A DNA stretch of 64,000 nucleotides from Escherichia coli (GCF_013122565.1 NZ_CP053258.1); one strand, 5' to 3'; positions 1 through 9,135 are shown, counted from the stretch's first letter. Notes: generated by a model not told the origin, from the letters alone. Numbers and translations are program-made.

Positions 1-312
1 ATCCCTTGTACGGGGCATAGTCGGATTTATTTGCTGCAAATGAAAGATGTGGCATTTGTCAGCAGTCGGATGAGCGGTGTCTACGTTACCAGCCACGAAG
101 GGAAAGAGGGCTTTACCGAATTGACATTACGTACCCTGGAAAGTCGTACACCACTACTGCGCTGCCATCGTCAGTATCTGGTTAACCTCGCGCATTTACA
201 GGAGATTCGTCTGGAAGATAACGGCCAGGCCGAGTTGATTTTGCGTAATGGCTTAACCGTGCCGGTCAGCCGCCGTTATCTGAAAAGCTTAAAAGAGGCG
301 ATTGGCCTGTAA
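1..312 (+). CDS. btsR: LytTR-family response regulator, C-terminal part (5' end outside window)
   Basis: Open frame from window start to stop at 310-312; position immediately upstream of yehS as in K-12 (yehT/btsR). Confidence 0.7.
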
Positions 313-358
313 AAGACTGCTAAAATGGCTTTTTGCCTCATCAACACCTGAAGGCCTC

Positions 359-829
359 ATGCTAAGTAACGATATTCTGCGCAGCGTGCGCTACATTTTG
401 AAAGCCAATAATAATGACCTGGTGCGTATTCTGGCGCTGGGTAATGTCGAAGCCACCGCGGAACAGATCGCCGTCTGGCTACGTAAAGAAGACGAAGAGG
501 GTTTTCAGCGTTGTCCGGACATTGTTTTGTCGTCATTCCTCAATGGCCTGATTTATGAAAAACGCGGCAAGGATGAGTCTGCTCCGGCACTGGAGCCGGA
601 ACGTCGCATTAATAACAACATCGTGCTGAAAAAATTACGCATCGCGTTTTCGCTGAAAACCGATGACATTCTGGCGATCCTCACCGAACAGCAGTTCCGC
701 GTTTCGATGCCGGAAATTACAGCGATGATGCGCGCACCGGATCATAAAAACTTCCGCGAATGCGGCGATCAATTTTTACGTTATTTTCTGCGTGGACTGG
801 CAGCGCGCCAGCATGTGAAGAAAAGCTAA
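359..829 (+). CDS. yehS: DUF1456-family protein YehS (156 aa)
   Basis: ORF 302..829 trimmed to ATG at 359 with GAAGG SD upstream, giving 156 aa (MLSNDILRSV...); synteny. Confidence 0.8.
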   Translation: MLSNDILRSVRYILKANNNDLVRILALGNVEATAEQIAVWLRKEDEEGFQRCPDIVLSSFLNGLIYEKRGKDESAPALEPERRINNNIVLKKLRIAFSLKTDDILAILTEQQFRVSMPEITAMMRAPDHKNFRECGDQFLRYFLRGLAARQHVKKS

Positions 830-838
830 GACGGGTAT

Positions 839-863
839 GGCGGCCATGCGAAACATGGCCGCC
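839..863. terminator. Perfect 10-bp stem hairpin between convergent yehS and yehR
   Basis: ggcggccatg-cgaaa-catggccgcc inverted repeat; no strong T-run, so intrinsic-terminator function is uncertain. Confidence 0.4.
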
Positions 864-869
864 GACAGA

Positions 870-1331
870 TTATTTCACTTCTTTAAAACCAGCGGCTTTC
901 ATCACCAGTTCCATTTGCGCCATAGTGATACCTTTTTTGGCATCTTCAGCAGAAACGTTGATTCCTGAAATACCCTGCAGGGCTTTAAAATCCACTTTTT
1001 CCATATCGATAGTCACGTTTTCCTGCGCGTAGGTATCGGTATAGGTTAATTTTTCTTCAACACCCTCGATGTTTTTGTATTTGGCGCTTAACGGCTCAAG
1101 TGTCTTGGCAGCATCTTCTTTGGTGGTTGCACCAATGGAGGCAAATTGAATTTTGGTTTCAGAAGATTGCTTAAGCACCTTGTCACCTTTGTAGATATAG
1201 GTAATGGCAATTTCAGTGCCGTTCAGATTGGCGCTGAATTTCTTCGATTCTTCTTTGTCACCGCAGCCAGCAAGAGAGAAAACCAGAACAGATGCAACAA
1301 CAAGGGAAAACAGCTTATTGAAAGCCTTCAT
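870..1331 (-). CDS. yehR: Lipoprotein YehR (153 aa)
   Basis: ORF 870..1343 trimmed to MKAFNKLFSLVVASVLVFSLAGC signal peptide with lipobox Cys. Confidence 0.8.
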   Translation of the reverse strand: MKAFNKLFSLVVASVLVFSLAGCGDKEESKKFSANLNGTEIAITYIYKGDKVLKQSSETKIQFASIGATTKEDAAKTLEPLSAKYKNIEGVEEKLTYTDTYAQENVTIDMEKVDFKALQGISGINVSAEDAKKGITMAQMELVMKAAGFKEVK

Positions 1332-1455
1332 GTAAAACTCCATTTTATTTAATCAAGGAACTGGTGACTCTCACCAGGGGCTATATAGGATATGCCTAAT
1401 ACCGTGGCGTGAGCAGTCCGGAACTGGAGTAGAACTCTTAGTAAAAAGCACTATT

Positions 1456-3456
1456 TCATCCTTTTTGCTGAAGCATGGGGAATAATTGTTCGCACAGCAA
1501 AACACCGTTATTCATTGCTTCTACCCGTGCCTCGCTTTCTGTATTACGAAATTGTCCCAACACATGTGCCAGCCGATAAAAAACCACCGCGGTGAGGTCA
1601 TTCGCCAGCAACTCTGCCTGACCAATAGCACTCTGTTCCTGATAGCGCCAGCCGTTATGGAGCAGTTGAATAAGTAACGCCTGGCAGCGCATCAGCAACT
1701 GATGAGCAGTAGACGGCACAGGCAGAACGCTGGCAGAAGGTAGCGGTGCCACAGGCGCAGTTTCTGCGTCCAGCGCCCAGGCGCGGGTTTTTGTCATCAT
1801 TACCCGTGGTTCCAGTGTCAATTGCCCATCAACAAAACTGACAAAGCCAGAAACCAGACACACGGGGTCCTCTGTTTGTTGCAAAAGCGCCGCCATGCGT
1901 TCAACGGCATAAGGCGCGCTGGCTGAGGCTGGTAGGGATAACGTCAGCACATTATCTTCCCCTTCGCCGCTAATGACCTGCGCATCCAGTGTCTGGCGGC
2001 TGCTATCCCAACCAAGCGAAATACACTCCGCTACCGGCAGAATAAATAAGTTATCGACCTGGTTGAGTGGTCGTATGCAGGCGGGGGGACGCTGGCGTAA
2101 ATATTCCCGCAAAGCCACAATGCCCGGCTGGCGCAACGGCGCGCTCAACATTTGCCAGGCGTCTGGCGACAACGGCACAACGCTGCTTAAGCGGTTGCGG
2201 GTAGCTAACAGCAGCTCGCCATCGGCACTGCGTTTTGCTGCTTGTGAAACAATTTGCCCACCTGCCAGTGCGCCAGCCTGAAAACTAAACAGCCGACGTT
2301 TTGCCGCGGGAGCGTTTTCTTGTTCGCTTCTCGGCCAACTACGCGAAAGATGCAAAATACTGCCGGTGTCGGGATCGGTGAACCAGATGCGTAAACCATA
2401 CTGCTCAATATCCTGCCAGCAACGCATACCTAAAGACACCAGCCGCAGATGATCAAGCTTTGCTTCTCCGGCAATGCCAGCGCCAACGACCGTGCGCCAC
2501 GGCACAGGAGGAACTTCACCGATACTGTCGCGCCGGGCCATCTCTTGTGCGCAATTTAATCGACTGTTTAATGCCGCAAGCTGACGTAAGCATTCTCCGG
2601 CATGATAGTGGCTGGCGCGGGCGTGGAAGGCATCAACGCTGGCGCGCAGTTGCCGTAGCGATTCACTCACCCATCGCCAGTTGCAGCGTTCCGCCGCCTG
2701 CTGTGCGCGGCTGAAAGCGGCCTCGTAATGGATTGGCGGCTGGCTGATGCCGCCCAGCCATAATGCCTGACTTAATTGCTGAACATATTGACGACACGCG
2801 TTGCCCTCTTCGCTGGCAAACGGATCGTCAGATGATGTGACGTGTTCGCTGCGCATCTGCCAGATTAAATGAGTAAATTCCGCTTGCTGAGTTTTTGCCT
2901 CGACGAAGGCCTGCACAGCCAGTACGACATGTTCGCAAAGTGTGCCGTCAATACAATCACAACGGGCGAAACGAATACTGCTGCGGGAATAAAAACGCAC
3001 ATCGCTCATCGGTAAGCGGGCAGAGGGAATTTCGCCCGGCGTACAGAACAACTCAATGGTGATGCCTTTAGCGACCAACGCCTGTGCGCGTTTGCGGGTG
3101 GCATCGGGAAGGGTAGCCAGTTCTTCCAGCCAGATTGCCGGATCCCACTCTTCTTCTTTTTCCGTGGGCTGAACGGTGGCACAAAGTCGTTGATAACTTA
3201 ACACCAGCATAACGCGATGACGGCACATGCCGCTGGCCCCGCAGGTGCACTGAGCCTCTTTCAGTGCCTGACCGTTCGCCAGCTGGGTACGGACACCGTC
3301 ACTGAAGGTGGCGATTAAAGCGCCGTTCTCATGGCTGATTTCCGGGACGTTGCCATTTTCCAGTTCCTTAAGGCTGCGCTTAACAAAACCGGCATTGCTT
3401 AACGCCGTCAGTGCCTGCGGTGTCAGTTCTAATAATTCCGGGCGTAGTGAATTCAT
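1456..3456 (-). CDS. yehQ: SWIM zinc-finger protein YehQ
   Basis: Two CxC...CxH motifs (CTCGASGMCRH, CDCIDGTLCEH); start chosen at MNSLRPEL so that ATG overlaps the yehP stop (ATGA at 3453-3456); start uncertain (ORF extends to 3480). Confidence 0.75.
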   Translation of the reverse strand: MNSLRPELLELTPQALTALSNAGFVKRSLKELENGNVPEISHENGALIATFSDGVRTQLANGQALKEAQCTCGASGMCRHRVMLVLSYQRLCATVQPTEKEEEWDPAIWLEELATLPDATRKRAQALVAKGITIELFCTPGEIPSARLPMSDVRFYSRSSIRFARCDCIDGTLCEHVVLAVQAFVEAKTQQAEFTHLIWQMRSEHVTSSDDPFASEEGNACRQYVQQLSQALWLGGISQPPIHYEAAFSRAQQAAERCNWRWVSESLRQLRASVDAFHARASHYHAGECLRQLAALNSRLNCAQEMARRDSIGEVPPVPWRTVVGAGIAGEAKLDHLRLVSLGMRCWQDIEQYGLRIWFTDPDTGSILHLSRSWPRSEQENAPAAKRRLFSFQAGALAGGQIVSQAAKRSADGELLLATRNRLSSVVPLSPDAWQMLSAPLRQPGIVALREYLRQRPPACIRPLNQVDNLFILPVAECISLGWDSSRQTLDAQVISGEGEDNVLTLSLPASASAPYAVERMAALLQQTEDPVCLVSGFVSFVDGQLTLEPRVMMTKTRAWALDAETAPVAPLPSASVLPVPSTAHQLLMRCQALLIQLLHNGWRYQEQSAIGQAELLANDLTAVVFYRLAHVLGQFRNTESEARVEAMNNGVLLCEQLFPMLQQKG

Positions 3457-4589
3457 GACTGAAGATTCTCCGCAAGCCATGATGCCAGCTCGCCCGGTGT
3501 CATGGCGGCTATTTGTGCGCCGATATTAACCAGCGCCTGGGCCGTATCGTGGTCATAGCAGGGTGTTGCGTTGCTATCGAGCGCCGCCAGTCCCAGCACT
3601 TTGATGCCGCTCTGGACACACTTTTTCACCTGATGCGTCAGCAATGATGATGAACCCCCTTCGTAAAAATCGCTCACGAGGATAATGACGCTTTTTGCTG
3701 GTTGTTCAATAAGTTGCCGACCATACTCCACGGCACTGGCGATATTGGTCCCGCCACCCAACTGTACTTTCATTAATAACTCTACCGGATCGGCAACGTC
3801 TGCCGTGAGATCAACGACGCTTGTGTCAAACGCCACCAGATGGGTACGAATGCCGGGTAACTGCCACAAACAGGCCGCCATCACCGCAGAGTGGATCACC
3901 GAATCGACCATCGAGCCGCTTTGATCAACCAGTAAGACCAGTTGCCATTGTTCGCTTTGGCGTTTAATGCGGCTGTTAAAGCGGGGGGATTCGATATACA
4001 ACTTGCCGTGTTGCGGGTGCCAGTGTTGCAGGTTGGCGCGCAGAGTACTTTTGAAATCAAAGTTTCGCGCCAGTGGAATAAATGAGCGGCGACGGCGATC
4101 GCGGACACCAGAAAAAGCCTGACGAACCTCCTTTGCCAGTTGTGCCATAATTTCTTCCACAACCTGGCGCACTATCCGGCGGGCGGCAGCCAGTACTTCG
4201 GGATTCATCAGATGTTTGGTGTGCAAAACGGCGCGTAGCAGGCTTTCAGAAGGCTGCATACGTTCCAGCACGTCGAGATTTGTCACCACATCTTCAATGC
4301 CGTAGCGCAGTACGGCATCGCTTTCCAGCCGCTCAATCACCTGTTGCGGAAACAGCGTGTGAATACTGTTGATCCACTCAGGAGTGGTGAGATTTGAGCC
4401 ACCTAATCCACCGGAGCGTTCACCACGCTGGAGCCGTTCAGGATCGCGCCCATACAGCCACTCCAGCGCGTGGTCTATCTGCCGGGCGTTGTCATCCAGC
4501 CCACAAAGCGTCGTTTCTGCCGCTTCGCCAAGAATTAATCGCCAGCGTTGTAGTTCACGGGTGGTCAGAAGATCGTTCAGTTCAGACAT
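3453..4589 (-). CDS. yehP: von Willebrand factor A domain protein YehP (378 aa)
   Basis: MIDAS-type DxSxS motif (LLVDQSGSM); ORF 3453..4817 trimmed to MSELNDLL start 3 nt after the yehM stop. Confidence 0.85.
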   Translation of the reverse strand: MSELNDLLTTRELQRWRLILGEAAETTLCGLDDNARQIDHALEWLYGRDPERLQRGERSGGLGGSNLTTPEWINSIHTLFPQQVIERLESDAVLRYGIEDVVTNLDVLERMQPSESLLRAVLHTKHLMNPEVLAAARRIVRQVVEEIMAQLAKEVRQAFSGVRDRRRRSFIPLARNFDFKSTLRANLQHWHPQHGKLYIESPRFNSRIKRQSEQWQLVLLVDQSGSMVDSVIHSAVMAACLWQLPGIRTHLVAFDTSVVDLTADVADPVELLMKVQLGGGTNIASAVEYGRQLIEQPAKSVIILVSDFYEGGSSSLLTHQVKKCVQSGIKVLGLAALDSNATPCYDHDTAQALVNIGAQIAAMTPGELASWLAENLQS

Positions 4590-6861
4590 GGAAAACTCCC
4601 CAGTGTTGCAGCGATGCCAGTGCCTGCTGTTCGAGTTGTTGATGATGTGCAATGGCTTGTGGTGGACAATGCAACGGCATTTGCAGAGCCGAAACGGGAA
4701 GTTGCGCCAGTTGATAATGTTCAAGCACCTGATGCGCCAGCGTCCCGCGTTCTCGTGGCGGTAGCCAGGCCATCGCCGCGCGTAAATCGGGCAGGGCATT
4801 GATAAAATCGGCATCACTTAGTTGATTTAAATGACTGCTGAAACCGGCGATAAATGCCGGCTGACAAGCCAGTTGATGACGGGCTAATGCCAGCAAACCG
4901 TGCAGCGCCTCGCCGGATTGGGCCGGGGATAACTGCGTCAGCATTGTCAGCGCCGCTTCGGCACTAGCGTTGGGATGTTCCAGACGCATCAGTGCGCCAA
5001 GAGTCGCGCCGCGATCCAGCGCCGGGGCATGAATCGCCTGACTGCGGCGCTCCAGTAAGGCTACCGCCGCAGAAAGCGAAACGCCGGATAAGTTAACGCC
5101 GCTATGTAGATCGCGCAGGATATGGCAAAGCGCTTGCCAGCTATGCAGGTGAGCGTGAAACTCCTTTTCATCCGGTCTGCCGTTGGATTCACACAGCCAC
5201 AGCGTGCGATCGATAGCCGCGCATAACGTCGTTTGTAATATCTGCGCGCCTTGCATACCGCTAATTTCATCCAGCCGCCATAAGGCATATAGCACTTCCA
5301 GCGCCTGGCCCATTTCGGCAAATTGATTTTCCTGGGCGATTAATAATGTGAGTTGTTCCAGTAATTGCTCACTAAAGCTCGCCAGGCCCGCTAACGCCGC
5401 CTGGCTAAGACATGCGGTAATGCTGCCGATTCCACCCGCGTCCAGCATATCGGCTTCTAATTTATTGCGTGCGGCTTCCTGGAGTGTTGCACCAAAGCAG
5501 GCGGCCTCAATCAATGCCGCATGCTGGCTAAGCGGGCGGGTTAATTTCCAGCGTTCTTCACCGTTGCCTGCAAGTGTCAGTGTACTTCCCTGCTGGCGTA
5601 CAATCCCTGGGATCTCCAGTATTGCCAGCCGATGTAACACCTGACTTTGCGCTAGTCCATTGGGGTTAAAGCGATTTAAGGTAAGCTGCGCCGGAAGAGA
5701 GATTCCGGTACGTTCCAGTTCGCAGGTGACATCTTTTGGCAGAGGCGGTTGTGGCGTGGAGGGGGCAAGTTTACCGAATCCGTCACCCGCTAATGTGTCT
5801 ATCAACGTTAGCAGAATCGGATCGGTATCGGGATGAATAACTCCGCGATAGCTCCACGGCAACGGCGCGTTCAAGGCTTCTTTAATCAGCGAGCCTGCTA
5901 TGGCATCCAGCCAGTCAGTGCGTAACGGTAGTGTATGACCGCGCAACTGTGCCAGCGCCATCACATGCAGATGAGCGGCAGCCATATCAGCGGTAGAAGC
6001 GGGCAATTTGTGCTGGCGCAAACGGGCAAGGATAGTTTTTAGCAGTTGTTCACCGGCCTGCTGTAAGCCCCACTGCCAGCACCAGTTTTGCCAGACCGGG
6101 GCAGGCATACCGGAAAGGTATCCAGCCAGCACATCAAGGCGCTTTTCACTGTAGGGGGTGAGATAACAACCTGTAACGGCATCTGCCAGCGACGGCAATT
6201 CTGGCGTGTTAATTTCCTGCGGACATTCGCGCCACATTTTTGCCAGTGCCGGAGCGTGCCAGCCACCGCAGACAACTAACACGTCGCCATTATTTTGCTG
6301 CATCGCCCATCCAATCCAGCGGGCCATAAAGGCTTCGCGCTGACGATTGAGTGCATCGCCGAGGAAATCGCCCCGCAGTTGGGCAAAATAGTGCGCCAGT
6401 GCAGAGGGTAATGCAGTTCGCTGGCTTTCATCTTCGAACAAGTGATCCCACAGGGTATCGCTGTTATCCATGCGGGTGGCACGCAGCAGCAAGGTCTGGC
6501 TTTCCTCTTGCGTATCAGGCGAATCGTCCTCTTCTTCACTCTGTGCCCAGCAAGGCAAATCGATGAAGTAAGTTTGTGCCTGAATACGACGAGCGGCTTG
6601 TAGCGCCTGCCACTCCGGCGAAAATTCAGCAAATGGCGTCCAGGCACCACGCCCGGGGGCTGCACCGTCCTGATACTGGCAATAACTGTAAATAGCTACC
6701 GGAAGCTGGTGGGCTAAAAACAGTTCGTCTACCCGGTCATTAAAATCAGCCGGGCCTTCAATCAACACGTATCGTGGCCGCTGGCTTTCGATTAACGATT
6801 TCACCAGCCGGGCGCAGGCCGGACTATGATGCCGGATGCCGACAATTAACAGCTCGCTCAT
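4582..6861 (-). CDS. yehM: Large protein of unknown function YehM (759 aa)
   Basis: ORF 4582..7029 trimmed to MSELLIVGIRHH start giving 759 aa; tightly packed in the yehL-M-P-Q string. Confidence 0.8.
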   Translation of the reverse strand: MSELLIVGIRHHSPACARLVKSLIESQRPRYVLIEGPADFNDRVDELFLAHQLPVAIYSYCQYQDGAAPGRGAWTPFAEFSPEWQALQAARRIQAQTYFIDLPCWAQSEEEDDSPDTQEESQTLLLRATRMDNSDTLWDHLFEDESQRTALPSALAHYFAQLRGDFLGDALNRQREAFMARWIGWAMQQNNGDVLVVCGGWHAPALAKMWRECPQEINTPELPSLADAVTGCYLTPYSEKRLDVLAGYLSGMPAPVWQNWCWQWGLQQAGEQLLKTILARLRQHKLPASTADMAAAHLHVMALAQLRGHTLPLRTDWLDAIAGSLIKEALNAPLPWSYRGVIHPDTDPILLTLIDTLAGDGFGKLAPSTPQPPLPKDVTCELERTGISLPAQLTLNRFNPNGLAQSQVLHRLAILEIPGIVRQQGSTLTLAGNGEERWKLTRPLSQHAALIEAACFGATLQEAARNKLEADMLDAGGIGSITACLSQAALAGLASFSEQLLEQLTLLIAQENQFAEMGQALEVLYALWRLDEISGMQGAQILQTTLCAAIDRTLWLCESNGRPDEKEFHAHLHSWQALCHILRDLHSGVNLSGVSLSAAVALLERRSQAIHAPALDRGATLGALMRLEHPNASAEAALTMLTQLSPAQSGEALHGLLALARHQLACQPAFIAGFSSHLNQLSDADFINALPDLRAAMAWLPPRERGTLAHQVLEHYQLAQLPVSALQMPLHCPPQAIAHHQQLEQQALASLQHWGVFHV

Positions 6862-6871
6862 GCATCTTTCC

Positions 6872-7960
6872 TCACGGCAGGCGGTGGCGGGCTTGATAAT
6901 AAGCCTGCCAGTGAGCTTCTTTATGTGTGGCGACTCGCTGTTCGAAGTAACGGCGCAGACGAGCGCGATCTTCTTCGTTATCTTTGACGATGGTTCCGGC
7001 AATACAGTCCACCAGATCGGCTGGCTCACCTGCGCGATTCGCTAAAAACCAGGCGCGGACGCCCACAGCGTGGGCCACGTTCACGGCTTCAGCGGTGGAC
7101 ATAATCGCTGTTAGTGTATCCATTGACGTTTTCTTTTCGCCGTTGGCACGCAGATCGCGGAAGGTGCGGACCAGTAACTCCAGTACCGCGTCAGGCACTT
7201 TATGCGGAATACCGCTATGGGCCAGCAAACGCGCCGAAGCACTGGCGACCAGTTCCAGCTCCTGAGCGAAATCCATAATCGGAAAGACAGTTTCAAAATC
7301 GAAGCGACGCTTTAGCGCAGCACTCATCTCATTGACGCCGCGATCGCGCGTATTGGCAGTGGCAATAATATTAAAGCCTTCCCGCGCATAGAGTTGACTG
7401 GCTTCACCAGTGAGTTCCGGCACCGTCATCACCCTGTCAGAAAGCATACCTAACAGACAGTCTTGCACTTCCAGCGGTGTACGCGTTATCTCTTCAAAAC
7501 GGACGATTTTGCCGTCGCGCATTCCCTGGTAAAGCGGGGCAGGGACCAGCGCTTCCGTTGATGGACCATGATTGATAAGCAGAGCGTAGTTCCAGCCGTA
7601 CTTGATTTGATCTTCAGTGGTAGATGCGCCGCCCTGGATGGTTAACCCGGCATCGCCGCTAATAGCGGTTGCCAGTAATTCAGACAGGAGAGATTTTGCG
7701 GTGCCCGGTTCCCCCACCAACATCAAACCGCGCCCGGTGGCAAGAGTGACTAACATACGTTCGACAGCAGAGGGACTAATCACGACTTTACGGCTAATAT
7801 TTTGCGCGCTATCGCCAAGGATAAAAGCACGTGCCGCAGGCAAACTTAACTGCCAACCGGGCGGGCAAGGTGCGTTATCATTTTGTTTTAATTTTGCCAG
7901 TTCATCGGCGTATAACACAGCGGCAGGCGGACGCTGCAGATGATTATTCTGCGGTGACAT
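6872..7960 (-). CDS. yehL: MoxR-like AAA+ ATPase YehL (362 aa)
   Basis: Walker A GEPGTAKS; ORF 6872..8026 trimmed to MSPQNNHLQ start giving 362 aa. Confidence 0.85.
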   Translation of the reverse strand: MSPQNNHLQRPPAAVLYADELAKLKQNDNAPCPPGWQLSLPAARAFILGDSAQNISRKVVISPSAVERMLVTLATGRGLMLVGEPGTAKSLLSELLATAISGDAGLTIQGGASTTEDQIKYGWNYALLINHGPSTEALVPAPLYQGMRDGKIVRFEEITRTPLEVQDCLLGMLSDRVMTVPELTGEASQLYAREGFNIIATANTRDRGVNEMSAALKRRFDFETVFPIMDFAQELELVASASARLLAHSGIPHKVPDAVLELLVRTFRDLRANGEKKTSMDTLTAIMSTAEAVNVAHAVGVRAWFLANRAGEPADLVDCIAGTIVKDNEEDRARLRRYFEQRVATHKEAHWQAYYQARHRLP

Positions 7961-8066
7961 ATATTCATCCCTGAAATGTATTAATGAAATAAACGATATT
8001 TTACGCGCAATAAATGTTTGGTGCATTAGTTGTTTGAGCGAAAAATATCTGGAAAGCAGATCACAG

Positions 8067-8152
8067 TAAATAAAAAAACCTGCTGGTGAGGCAGGTTCTT
8101 TTATTTACTACAGTGACGCTAACTTGCTGATTGTGCAACATTTCGTACCAAC
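8067..8152 (-). ncRNA. Putative antitoxin sRNA (OrzO/OrzP-like), divergent from toxin gene
   Basis: Minus-strand -10 TATAAT (plus 8159-8164) and -35 TTGCAA (8182-8187); 5' region (complement of 8133-8152) matches a direct repeat in the toxin 5' UTR (8298-8322); ends at hairpin 8078-8096 with T-run on minus strand. Boundaries approximate. Confidence 0.5.
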
Positions 8153-8181
8153 GAATAAATTATAACCATATCCACACTCCA

Positions 8182-8209
8182 TTGCAATTCAGTGAGTGAG
8201 ATTTATAAT
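8182..8209 (+). promoter_or_regulatory. Sigma70-like promoter TTGCAA-16-TATAAT for toxin mRNA; palindromic -35 shared with divergent sRNA promoter
   Basis: TTGCAA 8182-8187, TATAAT 8204-8209; predicted TSS ~8216 gives ~174-nt 5' UTR before ATG 8391. Confidence 0.5.
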
Positions 8210-8390
8210 CCTGCCCGTTGGGAGGTTGTGCCGGATCGGACCAATTTTAAGTCCTGGCTGCCGGACGGGTGGTGCCGCAGGCGGTGCCCTGATCCGGAGA
8301 GCAACGTTTCGTACCAACATACGTAAACCAGTATCGACAGGCAGTGTAAGGGTAAGGTGCTGGTGTTGCGCTCCTTAATAAGGAGAGCGG

Positions 8391-8480
8391 ATGGACACGC
8401 TGACACAAAAGTTAACCGTGCTCATTGCCGTACTGGAGTTATTAGTGGCTCTGTTACGGTTGATTGATTTGTTGAAGTAA
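8391..8480 (+). CDS. zorO: 29-aa hydrophobic type I toxin peptide (ZorO/ZorP-like), MDTLTQKLTVLIAVLELLVALLRLIDLLK
   Basis: AGGAGA SD at 8381-8386; single-helix hydrophobic peptide; matches my recollection of EHEC ZorO (not verified by search). Confidence 0.65.
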   Translation: MDTLTQKLTVLIAVLELLVALLRLIDLLK

Positions 8481-8503
8481 CGGGCAAATTGAAACGCATC
8501 TAA

Positions 8504-8526
8504 GGGGGAATACCGTTTCCCCCTTT
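8504..8526 (+). terminator. Intrinsic terminator after toxin ORF
   Basis: gggggaa-taccgt-ttccccc hairpin followed by TTT. Confidence 0.5.
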
Positions 8527-8674
8527 AATAAAATGATTACATCTTCCATTAATTCACCCGATAACTTTTTTCATATTTATAAATTCATCGATTTTATAAT
8601 CAACGTACTATTTGGCCGGGATGTGAATAATCATGGTGGGCTATTGGCGAAAAATATCTGGAAAGTAGATCGCA

Positions 8675-8761
8675 GAAAATAAAAGAACCTGCTGGTGAGG
8701 CAGGTTCTTTTATTTACTACTTTGATGTTAAGTTACTGATAGTGCAACATGGCATCTCAAC
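8675..8761 (-). ncRNA. Putative antitoxin sRNA, copy 2 (OrzO/OrzP-like)
   Basis: Same architecture as copy 1; pairing region is the complement of 8743-8763, cognate UTR site at 8908-8932. Confidence 0.45.
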
Positions 8762-8790
8762 GAACGAATTATAACCACCTCGGGGCCGTG

Positions 8791-8818
8791 TTGCAATTAA
8801 GATAATGAGATTTATAAT
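8791..8818 (+). promoter_or_regulatory. Sigma70-like promoter TTGCAA-16-TATAAT for toxin mRNA copy 2
   Basis: TTGCAA 8791-8796, TATAAT 8813-8818; ~175-nt 5' UTR to ATG 9000. Confidence 0.45.
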
Positions 8819-8999
8819 CCTGACTGTTGGGAAGTTGCGCCGGATCGAACCCATTTCAAGTCCTGGCTACCGGACGGGTGGTGCCGCAGGTAGTGCTCTG
8901 ATCCGGAGTGCAACATGGCGACTCAACATACGTAAACCAGTATCGACAGGCAGTGTAAGGGTAAGGTGCTGGTGTTGCGCTCCTTAATAAGGAGAGCGG

Positions 9000-9089
9000 A
9001 TGGACACGCTGACAAAAAAGTTAACCGTGCTCATTGCCGTACTGGAGTTATTAGTGGCTCTGTTACGGTTGATTGATTTGTTGAAGTAA
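9000..9089 (+). CDS. zorP: 29-aa type I toxin peptide, copy 2 (Q6K variant), MDTLTKKLTVLIAVLELLVALLRLIDLLK
   Basis: AGGAGA SD; one substitution relative to copy 1; O versus P assignment between the two copies is arbitrary. Confidence 0.6.
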   Translation: MDTLTKKLTVLIAVLELLVALLRLIDLLK

Positions 9090-9112
9090 CGGGCAAATTG
9101 AAACGCATCTAA

Positions 9113-9135
9113 GGGGGAATACCGTTTCCCCCTTT
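9113..9135 (+). terminator. Intrinsic terminator after toxin ORF copy 2
   Basis: Same hairpin as 8504-8526. Confidence 0.5.

Larger units (their letters stand above)
8037..8530 (+). repeat. Tandem repeat unit 1 (~490 bp) carrying zor/orz-like type I TA module
   Basis: Direct repeat of 8647..9132; 5' half roughly 85-90% identical, 3' half nearly identical (by eye). Confidence 0.8.
8647..9132 (+). repeat. Tandem repeat unit 2 carrying second zor/orz-like module
   Basis: Direct repeat of 8037..8530. Confidence 0.8.

Noticed and set aside
8196-8378. 60-aa ORFs (8196..8378 and 8805..8987) upstream of the small toxin genes
   Set aside because: They fall inside the predicted long 5' UTR of the toxin mRNA, have Cys/Arg/Gly-rich translations with no SD, and are better explained as structured leader RNA.
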